Source: an uncultured cyanobacterium
GTDB lineage: Bacteria; Cyanobacteriota; Cyanobacteriia; PCC-9006; JAAUQQ01
Direction: 5' to 3'
Length of the DNA: 64,000 bases
Assembly (NCBI GenBank): GCA_963718615.1
Contig: OY970368.1
Coordinates: 4,608,001-4,672,000, forward strand
The translations under genes and the position numbers were made by a program. The notes beneath the pieces were generated by a model. That model was not told the origin of the DNA. It was given only the letters and a program-made list of their open reading frames with translations, and did no database searches. Positions 42,915 to 52,017 of this stretch are shown here, piece after piece (the stretch's first letter is position 1; every line of letters starts with the position of its first letter).

Positions 42915-44588
42915 ATGGCACTTCTTTCTCTTGGTTCATCCGGTACTGAAGTTCGTAAGTTACAGGAAAAACTCATTAAATTAGGTTTTTTGAGTTCAGC
43001 AGCTTCAGGGAGTTTTGATGCAACGACAGAATCCGCAGTTAAAGATTTTCAAACTCAGCATCCGTGGTTACTGACGGATGGTGTTGTCGGGCCGATGACG
43101 TTGGGTGAGATTGGTGATTCGATTTCAGTGCTTGATGGACAAGTTGCCTTGAAAGCATTTGCTGCGGGTTCCGCTTCTCTAGATATGGCATCCCTCAGGG
43201 CGAACTCCCTATTAAGTTTGGCAATTCAGAGACGGTTACGAGGGTTAGGTTTATACCCAGGTGGAAAATTGATTGATGGTGATTTCGGACAAAATAGTCA
43301 AGCAGCACTCGAGAATTTTTGTGATAAAGTCGCCCCTCCAGTTACTTCGCCCTTGCAACTGACTCCTTCAATCGCAGATAAGCTATTAACCACTCAGCAA
43401 ATTTCCTCAGTCTTGGATAATGTGCAAAATACTAGTGTTATTGCAACAATATTCAAAGACTTTCAGAAGGCGGTTGGAGCCAATGATGCCAAACTGGGAT
43501 TCCTAGACATGGGGGCACAACAATCTCCATTTAAGGAAACGATCTATCGTGGTAAAGATTTTTTAGCGGCAACAAAGTCAGCAGGAATCCAGAGTAGCTC
43601 GCCTGGGATACTCAGCTTTTCTAGTTATCCGAATATTGGAACTGCACCAACGATTGCCGCTAGCAGTTTAAATTTCTTAGGGTCTGACATTACAGAAGCC
43701 TGTTTGTGTGTGGGGCATTTCGATGGGGGGCAGCTAACCACAAGCTGGTTGGGCAAAGAAGCACTTGATCTGGTTGAGTGTTGGAGCGCCAGTAAAATCA
43801 TCCCCATGCTGAATGTTCTGTGTAAAGTGGGAGATCGAGTTCCCAGCGATCCGAGCGACTTGATTCTGAAGAATACAGGCAGTACGGGACGACAATTTGA
43901 ACTTTCTAATGCACTAGTTGATATCTGTTCCTATAGAGTGGATGTTTCTCACTCCAATGCTTTGTCTGCAACTTTGAATTCTTTTGAAAGTAATCGACCA
44001 AGATGGATCAAAAATCAAACTGGTAATGCCAAGGCAATTCAGTTTGGTGGAAAATATGGGATTACGGCAACAATTGGAGTGCCAGAAATTCGTGATCGTT
44101 CCAGCAACAGCCAAATCTTAAGTTTTCAATCGACTGCTACTGGAGGGAATTTAATTTCTGCTTATGACTTAACAAGGTTTATTTCCTTGGTCGGGTGGCA
44201 CGGACTACTATCTAATACGCAGAAATTACCTGGTATTTCAGATCGAGGTCTCGATCAAGCCGTCATTGCGTTCGGTACCGATACTGCACGATATGTGGAT
44301 ACAGCAATTTCAACACTTGGTCTTGAAAATGTGGTGGATTCCCTTGTTGTTCTTTCTAAATTGGGCTTTGGCCCCTCCCCGACCCGTGGTGTAACAGAGT
44401 TGGTTTATACCGCATTTGCTCAATTTGTTGACAAACAAGATCCAATAAATCAAAAGCTCAGAAGTTTTTCTTTAACATTGCGTAGCAGTAAACCTTCAGT
44501 AAACGGTGTAGGGATTAAATTAGATACGGCGATAGCTACCGCTGTTACAGAAATTGTTCGGCGGATTGTAACCGAAGATTTTTCTTAA
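42915..44588 (+). CDS. Two PG-binding domains + serine beta-lactamase/PBP-like domain
   Basis: GSSGTEVRKLQ..DGVVGPMT; IDGDFG; WSASKII (SxxK); SKLG. Confidence 0.7.
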   Translation: MALLSLGSSGTEVRKLQEKLIKLGFLSSAASGSFDATTESAVKDFQTQHPWLLTDGVVGPMTLGEIGDSISVLDGQVALKAFAAGSASLDMASLRANSLLSLAIQRRLRGLGLYPGGKLIDGDFGQNSQAALENFCDKVAPPVTSPLQLTPSIADKLLTTQQISSVLDNVQNTSVIATIFKDFQKAVGANDAKLGFLDMGAQQSPFKETIYRGKDFLAATKSAGIQSSSPGILSFSSYPNIGTAPTIAASSLNFLGSDITEACLCVGHFDGGQLTTSWLGKEALDLVECWSASKIIPMLNVLCKVGDRVPSDPSDLILKNTGSTGRQFELSNALVDICSYRVDVSHSNALSATLNSFESNRPRWIKNQTGNAKAIQFGGKYGITATIGVPEIRDRSSNSQILSFQSTATGGNLISAYDLTRFISLVGWHGLLSNTQKLPGISDRGLDQAVIAFGTDTARYVDTAISTLGLENVVDSLVVLSKLGFGPSPTRGVTELVYTAFAQFVDKQDPINQKLRSFSLTLRSSKPSVNGVGIKLDTAIATAVTEIVRRIVTEDFS

Positions 44589-44615
44589 TTAAAGATAACT
44601 GGAGGATGTAAGGCG

Positions 44616-45542
44616 ATGAATTTTAGAGTGATTTCGGCAGGGCTTAATATCCGTTTATCTGGAGTTGTGGAACCCAACAACATCATTACAGTATTACCTC
44701 AGAATCAAATCGTTACGCGAATTGGTAATGAATCTGACAGTGATAGGTGGTGGCAAGTGAGAACTACTTTAATGGGGCGTATTATTGAGGGATTCGTGAA
44801 CAAATCCTTCCTAGCTAGCCTTCTACAAACAACTGAAAAAGTTTTGTGGGTTGTGAACTATCCTAGCTTAGAGTGGTTTATAGACCGTGCAACCTTTATT
44901 AAAGCAACAGCTGTTGCAATCCGAACAGATAACGATATGGAAACTGCCATTTCTGCTTTTCATGCTAAAGGCATTAAGGTCTACGGTTGGCGCTGGCCTT
45001 CTGCACAGCGAGATCGTGCTTTAAAGGAAGCGAACAGAGTAGTTGAACTATTGAGTAGAGGCTTAGATGGATATTATGTAGATCCTGAAGGTGAAGAAGG
45101 AAAGCATTATGATTGGGATCAACCTGATTTAGAGACAACAGCTGAAGAGTTTTGCCAGAAAATTACGATAGCTTCACCTGGTAAACCATTTGGGACAACA
45201 TCCCACTTTAGAGGAGAAAAAGTATTTAGCAAATTGCCCTGGAAGGTCTTCATAAAATACTCTAATGTATTACTACCACAAGCTTACTGGCGGGTTAAGC
45301 AAGGAACAGTCAGTGGCGGCAATCCGCAGAAAAACTATCTTACAGCGATTGATGAATGGCAATCGATTGGTGGATCTAGAAATTTAATAGTCCCAATGGC
45401 TGGAGAGCTTGAACATGTCAATGGAGCAGAAATTGAGAGTTATGCAGAAGTCGCGAAAGCGCAAGGAGTAAGTAGTCTACATTTCTATACAGCAACAAAG
45501 ACTACGAAATCGGAAGTTTGGAAGGCAGTCGCAAACTTGTAA
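44616..45542 (+). CDS. SH3b + putative glycoside hydrolase (TIM barrel)
   Basis: LNIR...WWQV...EGFV; DGYYVDPE, LPQAYW. Confidence 0.65.
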   Translation: MNFRVISAGLNIRLSGVVEPNNIITVLPQNQIVTRIGNESDSDRWWQVRTTLMGRIIEGFVNKSFLASLLQTTEKVLWVVNYPSLEWFIDRATFIKATAVAIRTDNDMETAISAFHAKGIKVYGWRWPSAQRDRALKEANRVVELLSRGLDGYYVDPEGEEGKHYDWDQPDLETTAEEFCQKITIASPGKPFGTTSHFRGEKVFSKLPWKVFIKYSNVLLPQAYWRVKQGTVSGGNPQKNYLTAIDEWQSIGGSRNLIVPMAGELEHVNGAEIESYAEVAKAQGVSSLHFYTATKTTKSEVWKAVANL

Positions 45543-45598
45543 ATTACATAGTAACAACGGTCTTAATTCATCTATAGAAAATCAAGAGGTATTCAGGA

Positions 45599-46369
45599 AT
45601 GGTCACTTTAAAAGTTAAGCCAGAAAGTTTAAATCTGCGCAAGGCTCCAGAAATTAAGGATGGAAATATTATTGCCTCACTACCAATGGCACAGGAAGTG
45701 GAAACATTGACAAATAATCCTTCTGATCGTTTCTGGCAAGTCAAAACCCAAGTTAATGGATCGACGCTAGAAGGTTTTGTTAGTGCGGCTTTTTTGAGAG
45801 TACCTGTTAGTCTTGCTAAAGAGAAACTTATTAGTTCATCTGTAAAAGAGTGGCTAAGATTTTCTCGTGGCAATAAGCTGGAATTTGAGGATCCTCAATA
45901 CAAGTACGTTGGAGAATACTGGACTAGCATTGGTTTGAATTTCGATGGTAAAGATCGAGACCAACCTTGGTCAGCAGCATTTATTTCCTTTGTTGCTCGT
46001 GCTGCTGGTTATAGTGAATTTAAATTTGCACCTGCTCACTCAACCTATGTCTATGATGCAGTGGACAAAAGGCAGAGGAATATCACAACAGCACCTTTTT
46101 GGGCTTTTGATGTTAATGATCATAAACCTCAGCTAGGTGATCTAGTTTGCCGAACACGTGATGGGGTTAGTATTGCTTCGATAGCTAATTTACCCAGAGG
46201 AGGCTTTAAGAGTCACTGTGACATTATTGTCGAAATTCAAGATTCAGAAGTACGAACATTAGGCGGTAATGTTAGTCAATCTGTTTCAATCACGTCATAT
46301 CCATTGGATGATGATGGTTTCTTGAGAAAAGTGAATAATGTATATGGAATTTTGAAAAATAATCTATAA
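45599..46369 (+). CDS. SH3b + DUF2272/CHAP-like amidase
   Basis: PWSAAFIS, GDLVC, SHCDI, GGNVSQSV. Confidence 0.8.
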   Translation: MVTLKVKPESLNLRKAPEIKDGNIIASLPMAQEVETLTNNPSDRFWQVKTQVNGSTLEGFVSAAFLRVPVSLAKEKLISSSVKEWLRFSRGNKLEFEDPQYKYVGEYWTSIGLNFDGKDRDQPWSAAFISFVARAAGYSEFKFAPAHSTYVYDAVDKRQRNITTAPFWAFDVNDHKPQLGDLVCRTRDGVSIASIANLPRGGFKSHCDIIVEIQDSEVRTLGGNVSQSVSITSYPLDDDGFLRKVNNVYGILKNNL

Positions 46370-46945
46370 ACGATCTGGATCAAAAACATGGAACTTTATG
46401 TAGTTCAAGCGACCAGCCTTAATGTTCGTTCATTGCCTAAAGTAGAGGAGAATAATAAAATTGCATCTATTCCTCAAAATCATGTGGTCTCCAAACTTAA
46501 CACCACTGAAGGAGATGCTTGGTGGAAAATTTTAACTATCAAAGATGGGCAACCCTTGGAAGGTTATGTCGCAAGTCGATTTCTAGAAGCAGCACCTAAG
46601 CGAATTCGAGCGATTGGCTGGTTTAAGGAACAGTTTCGAGATCAGATAAATGCTGCCATTTCAGGCACTCCCTTTAGCTTGGATCTATTAGTTGCGATCG
46701 CGATGCAAGAAACGTATTACATTTGGGGAAATGTGTATAGCACGAGCTCGCTTAATGAGGTACTGAAACTCTGTACTGGAGATACTCTAGATGCTCCCAA
46801 TCGATCTGCATTTCCAAAAAATAAAGTAGAATTATTAGCTCGCGAAAAGGGAGATGAGATGTTTGCGATCGCTCGTGAAGCCTTGGAAGCAGTTGCTAAC
46901 TTTGTTCCTTCGTTTAAGCGTGTAGCAGATTCTTCTCCAAATAAG

Positions 46946-47850
46946 GGTAGTGCTTTTATGTAAAGGATAAAGAAAAACAGAGTGAAGCAGTTGTAGTCAA
47001 TAGGAGCTGAAGATAAAGGGAAAGAAGGGAAAACTGTTGTAGAAACGAGGAGCGGTTGTAGGAGAAAGGAAAAGATGACCATAGAACGTACTTGCCCGAC
47101 CTGTGGCTCCCACGACATTTCCAAGAACGGCACAACCCGCCGAGGCAAACAAAACTACAAATGCCGAGACTGCAACCGACAGTTTGTCGAAGACCCCCAG
47201 TGGAAGCCGAAAGACAAAGACACCCAGAGTTTGATAGACCTGCTGCTGCTAGAGAAAATTCCCCTGGCAGGGATTGCTAGAGCAACGGGCGTTTCGAGTA
47301 GCTGGCTGCAAGATTACGTCAATGAACACTATAAGGCGGTGCCCCAAAAGGCAGAGGTACTGCCCAAAGCGAAAGGAAGGCTGAGGGTGCAAATGGATGA
47401 GCTATGGTCCTTTGTGGACCATAAGGGCAACAAGCAATGGGTCTGGATAGCTTTGGATGCGAACACCCGAGAGGTGATTGGCTGCCACATCGGCGACCGC
47501 TCCCGAGCATCAGCCGTGGCGTTATGGCAATCCTTACCGTCGGTGTATCGGCAATGCGCCACGGTCTATACGGATTTTTGGGAAGCCTACGAGAGTGTGA
47601 TTCCAGCGCAGCGTCATCGTGCCGTCAGCAAAGACAGTGGGTTGACGAGCTACATCGAAAGGTTCAACAACACCCTGAGGCAGAGGGTTTCGCGCCTAGT
47701 GAGAAAAACCTTGTCTTTCTCCAAGAAGCTGGACAACCATATCGGTGCAATTTGGAATTTCATTCATGAGTACAACCGTCTAATCAGAGAAAAGATGCTG
47801 AACAACCAGCCCAATGATATTTTCTCCATCCTTTACTAAAGGGGACTACC
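46946..47850 (+). mobile_element. IS1-family element (905 bp), 8-bp TSD CAAATAAG
   Basis: TIRs ggtagtgcttttatgtaaaggat / atcctttactaaaggggactacc. Confidence 0.93.
47075..47839 (+). CDS. IS1 transposase (single ORF)
   Basis: Zn ribbon CPTC..CRDC, DELWSFV, TDFW, IERFNNTLRQR. Confidence 0.93.
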   Translation: MTIERTCPTCGSHDISKNGTTRRGKQNYKCRDCNRQFVEDPQWKPKDKDTQSLIDLLLLEKIPLAGIARATGVSSSWLQDYVNEHYKAVPQKAEVLPKAKGRLRVQMDELWSFVDHKGNKQWVWIALDANTREVIGCHIGDRSRASAVALWQSLPSVYRQCATVYTDFWEAYESVIPAQRHRAVSKDSGLTSYIERFNNTLRQRVSRLVRKTLSFSKKLDNHIGAIWNFIHEYNRLIREKMLNNQPNDIFSILY

Positions 47851-48234
47851 CAAATAAGTTCTGCCGAGGTTATGGCATCTTTCAACTCGACTTGCAGTTC
47901 TTCAAGAACAACCCTGATTATTTTCTTCAAAAGAAGTGGTACAGCTTTGATGAGTGCCTCGCTCAGTGTGTTAACGAACTAAAAGCAGCCATGAGACGCG
48001 CTTATGGTAGCGGTAAAACGGCATTAACCGATGAAGAAAAAGTCTATGCCGCGATCGCCTACAACCAAGGGAGTGTAGACTTCTCCAAAAAGTTTAAGCA
48101 GGGTTTTCGAGATCAAAGTGGCAAGTATTATGGTGAGTACATTTGGGAATATCTACAGCTTGCTAAGTCGGTACCTTAAGTCTTGATGTGTATAAAGTAA
48201 CCCATGAGCTATCGCGGTCCAATCGGGATAGGGA

Positions 48235-48456
48235 GTGCGATTCGTTGCAGACGAATAACGGTGCAAGCCTGTAAATAACTCTGCCAGCTTGGCTTCCAAA
48301 GATGAAGCACTCCAAAGAGCTGAACTGTCCTAATGATGAGGGTGAAAGCCCCTTCCATCAAACTCGGATGTGACTCCTGATCTGCCCACGATGACCCGAC
48401 TCGGAATTCGGGAAGTCGAAGCTGGGAGCAGGGCGCAATCAGACACTCATAGCAAG
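48235..48456 (+). ncRNA. Group II intron 5' fragment (domain I), copy A
   Basis: Starts GTGCGATTCGTT, contains GGGTGAAAGCCCC; similar to 58554 copy; no RT ORF. Confidence 0.6.
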
Positions 48457-48620
48457 GGACGGAGAAGAACGATGCCACGCTAGAGGAACGAGGAGAGCAA
48501 CTGCACCAGACAACCGGAGTGCTGGTTGGGCGTACAACAGTAGACCGTATGGTGAAGAAGCTAGGATATACCGTCAAAAAAACACTACACGCGACAGAGA
48601 AAGCGAGTGAACGAGTCTAA
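48457..48620 (+). pseudogene. IS630-family transposase fragment
   Basis: NDATLEE...TVDRMVKKLGYTVKK followed by an A-run and TLHATEK. Confidence 0.65.
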
Positions 48621-48882
48621 TTCTTCTAATTTCACTCTATTAAATGCTGCCTCTAACGAAACATGGACTGGCAGTTGTAATTGGAGAGGTATTGGTGTTC
48701 AAATAAATGGTAGCTCAAGCATAACATTCGTGATTTGGTTATTTTTAGAGGTGCTTCTACTATTTCGCTGAAAGCTCATAACCCCCCCAAAATCTTTGTG
48801 CAATTCTGCATCACCCTCTTTTGCCCTGTTAAGAAAGAGTGATGCTATCCTTAGTGATAAAAGCCTTCGAGGATAGAATACA

Positions 48883-49092
48883 ATGAAAAGTCGTAGCTTC
48901 ACAGTCATTCTTCACAAAGAAGATGACATGTACATTGCTGAATGTCCAGAAGTTGGGACGGTTGATCAGGGGGAAACGATCGAGCAGGCGATCGCGGGTT
49001 TGAAAGAGGCAACGCGGCTCTACTTAGAAGAATTTCCCCTCCCTGAAACATCTCCTAGACTTGTAACCAGCATTGAGGTCAGCTATGCCTAA
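48883..49092 (+). CDS. hicB: HicB-family antitoxin
   Basis: YIAECPEVGTVDQGETIEQAIAGLKEA. Confidence 0.85.
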   Translation: MKSRSFTVILHKEDDMYIAECPEVGTVDQGETIEQAIAGLKEATRLYLEEFPLPETSPRLVTSIEVSYA

Positions 49093-49312
49093 GATGCCAC
49101 GGGTCTCAAGCAGAGAAGCGATTCAGGCACTTGAGCGATTAGGGTTCGAGCAAGTTCGTCAAACAGGCAGTCATATTGTGATGAAGAAAGAAACTAAAGA
49201 GGGCAAAATTGGCTGCGTTGTGCCTATGCATCGGGAATTGAAGGTTGGTACGTTGAGCGGCGTTCTCAAGCAAGCGCAAGTCACAGTCGAAGAGTTCATT
49301 GAGAGTCTATGA
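49085..49312 (+). CDS. hicA: HicA-family toxin
   Basis: LERLGF..VRQTGSHI, VPMHRELKVGTL. Confidence 0.85.
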   Translation: MPKMPRVSSREAIQALERLGFEQVRQTGSHIVMKKETKEGKIGCVVPMHRELKVGTLSGVLKQAQVTVEEFIESL

Positions 49313-49579
49313 GGTCTTATCCCTGAACCTTCATCCAGAGGTTCCGACTTGAAAGCAATCCTTAAACCCAGGGCTCATTTTTAGGAAACCCACTGAAGGG
49401 GTTCAGTCGCGCTGATCTGCTCAAAGACCCTGGCTGGGAGCTGGCTTGAGTTCCTTTCGTGAAGGGTTTAGATTAGCCTGGGGTTTTCAACCTCGGGCGA
49501 TCGTGAGGTGCAATTCGTCAATCTTGATGCCGTCTGACTGATGTCGAACTCACGTTAACTCAGAAATCGGCCCATACAA

Positions 49580-50659
49580 TTGGGGGCGGGGTTGTGGGGC
49601 AAGGGGTTGCTGTTGGCGGAGGGGGAGCGGTTTTCGTTGCACCCGTTGGTGAAGGAGTTGGTGGTGGCACGGTTGCCGCAGCAATTGCAGCAGCAGGCCC
49701 ATGAACGGGCGATTGACTACTACAGCGCTCATTTCCAAGCCTGGGATGGAACGATCGAGAGCTGCCAAGCGGAGCTAGAGGGCTTTTATCATGCCTGGGA
49801 GCTGGGGCAGTATGGGCGGGCCAAGGGGATGCTCGATCGCTGCGTTAATCAGCTCGATCGCGCAGGCTACTGGCGGGAGCTGCGAGGGCTGTATGAGCAA
49901 CTCACCACGACCTGGCAGCCTGAGGACGACGACGCGACCCAAAACCTCGGCTGGGCTTGGACAAGGTTGGGGAATTTGCAGCGGCGGTTGGGGGACGTGG
50001 CGCAATCCATCGACAGCCACCACCAAGCCCAGGCCCTGTTCGATCGCCTAGACTTCGCCCCAGGCAAAGCCGCCGCCCTCAGCGGTCTCGGCCTTGCGTA
50101 CGACTCCCTCGGGGACTATCAACGGGCGATCGACTTCCATTCTCAGAACCGGGAACTGGCGGAGGCAATCGGCGATAAACGTGGCATTGCGAATTCCCTC
50201 GGCAATCTCGGCAATGCGTACTACTCCCTCGGGGACTATCAACGGGCGATCGACCTCTATTCTCAGCACCGGGAACTGGCCGAGGCGATCGGCGATCGAA
50301 ACGGAGCAGCGAGGTCTTACTTCAACCTCGCCCAAGCCCAAGCCAAACTCGACGACCACTGGGCCGCCAAACAAAACCTCGAACAAGCCAAAGCCATCTT
50401 CACCGCCCTCAAACTCGATCACATGATCGAGAAATGCGACCAAGCCATCCGCGAACGCAACCAAATCATCGCCGCCACCCCTCGCCGCGTCCCCACCCTC
50501 GGCGAACCCGCCGAACCCGCCCTCCCCGACTAGTGGGAAAAATCCCTCCCCGCCAACGAAAATAAACCACGCCCCTCCTCCTCCAGCAAAACTCCAGTGT
50601 GGTTCTGGTTCGTCGTCGGCATTGGGATTGTAGCTTTGGTGTGGTGGCTAAAGCGCTAG
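49580..50659 (+). pseudogene. C-terminal part of NLR-like protein (winged helix + TPRs + TM tail); amber at 50531-50533
   Basis: FSLHPLV, TPRs LGNLGNAYYSLGDYQRAID; frame continues PD*WEKSLP...WFWFVVGIGIVALVWWLKR. Confidence 0.75.
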
Positions 50660-50759
50660 AGACACCAGCCCAATCTCCGAGCCTCCCCTCCACAAAGCTA
50701 AAATAGAGCCACCCACACCCGAGCCCCCATCGTGACACCCCTACAACCTCCCATGAGCC

Positions 50760-50875
50760 ATGCCCTCCAAAGATGTCATCCACGATCCAGTTAAGCGATC
50801 GATCCAAACCGCAGGCTGGCAAATCACAGATGATCCCTATGTCATCTCCTACGGGGAACGTTTTCTCTTCATGAA
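50760..50875 (+). pseudogene. XisH fragment
   Basis: MPSKDVIHDPVK..., GWQITDDP in a shifted frame, directly upstream of xisI. Confidence 0.6.
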
Positions 50876-50892
50876 CAATGCGAAATAAAACA

Positions 50893-51213
50893 ATGGATAC
50901 CCAAACCCTCCGAACTGCCATCAAGCAAGTCCTAAATCAATACGCTCGATACGTGCCCTCCCACGGAAAAATCCGCCTCGAAACCGTCTTTGATACCGAG
51001 CAAGATCGCTACGCCCTCATGCAAACCGGTTGGAGCCAAAAGCATCGCATTCGAGGCAACCTGATTTACATCACGCTTCAAGACGATAACGTAATCATCG
51101 AGTACGACGGAACCGAACAAGGCATCAGCGATGATCTCCTCGCCTGTGGCATCCCTTCAGAAAAAATCATCTTTGCGTTCCTGGTCGAAGAACCCCTCGC
51201 CCTTGTTGGCTAA
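50893..51213 (+). CDS. xisI: XisI family protein
   Basis: FDTEQDRY, IEYDGTEQGI..DLL..GIP..KI.FAF. Confidence 0.85.
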   Translation: MDTQTLRTAIKQVLNQYARYVPSHGKIRLETVFDTEQDRYALMQTGWSQKHRIRGNLIYITLQDDNVIIEYDGTEQGISDDLLACGIPSEKIIFAFLVEEPLALVG

Positions 51214-51307
51214 ACCCCAAGCCCCGGCCTCACCCTGCTCATCGCCTGGCTGCGGCGCTAATCCACCCCCTAAAATAGAACCACCCCAAGCATTCGAGGT
51301 CACAAAC

Positions 51308-51511
51308 ATGACCCCCATCAAACAACAACTCCTCAACGCCATCGACCAAGCCCCAGACGCCTTCTTAGAACAGCTCTTTCAATTCCTTCAAACCCTCTCC
51401 AGCGATCCCAAAAGCCGACCTCCCTTCGGCGCAATGAAAAACAGCGGCACCATTCTCGGCGACATCATCTCCCCCATCGTTCCCCCGAGTGATTGGGAAG
51501 TGCTTCAGTGA
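51308..51511 (+). CDS. Antitoxin-like protein
   Basis: RPPFGAMKNSGTILGDIISP..DWEVL; GTGA overlap with PIN gene. Confidence 0.7.
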   Translation: MTPIKQQLLNAIDQAPDAFLEQLFQFLQTLSSDPKSRPPFGAMKNSGTILGDIISPIVPPSDWEVLQ

Positions 51512-51897
51512 AACTCCTCCTCGACACCCACATCTGGCTCTGGTACCTCCTCGGCAATCCCCAGCTTTCCATCACGCTTCAAAACACCATTGCCTCACCC
51601 GAAACCGAACTCTAGCTGAGCCCCATCAGTCTCTGGGAAACCCTCGTGCTCGCCGAGAAAGGGCGGATTACCTTACAACCTGACCCTGAAGCATGGGTGG
51701 ATCAAGCACTGGCAATACTTCCGGCCCGAGAGGCGACTCTGAACCATGCGATCGCCCGCCTTAGCCGCCAGCTTGAGCTACCCCACCAAGATCCAGCGGA
51801 TCGCTTCCTAGCTGCGACCGCCATCCATTACGGCTTGACCCTGGCCACTGTAGACAGAACTCTGGTCAATGCTCCGGGCTTGCAAACCATCAGTTGA
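51508..51897 (+). pseudogene. VapC PIN toxin with amber stop at 51613-51615
   Basis: MKLLLDTHIWLW...ETEL*LSPISLWE...HQDPADRFLAATA. Confidence 0.85.
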
Positions 51898-52017
51898 TCC
51901 TCAAAGCTAGAGAAAATGAGAGAAATTTGCCTGCGTGGGTTTCGTCCTCGGCCTCATCCTGCTCATCACCTGGCTGCGGCGCTAAACTACCCAGCACCTC
52001 ACAGTCCCTTAATCGAG

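Larger units (their letters stand above)
46388..48179 (+). pseudogene. SH3b + lysozyme-like protein interrupted by IS1
   Basis: AIAMQET, GYGIFQLD, AYNQG; removing the IS joins DSSPNK|FCRGYG in frame. Confidence 0.85.

Noticed and set aside
49320-49500. Palindromic REP-like sequences
   Set aside because: Look like common cyanobacterial dispersed repeats; boundaries could not be defined
50085-50300. 120-bp near-identical repeats as a DGR template/variable pair
   Set aside because: They are tandem in-frame TPR units and no reverse transcriptase is nearby
1344-51615. Genome-wide TAG recoding
   Set aside because: Core genes such as glpK end normally at TAG, so amber is a stop codon here
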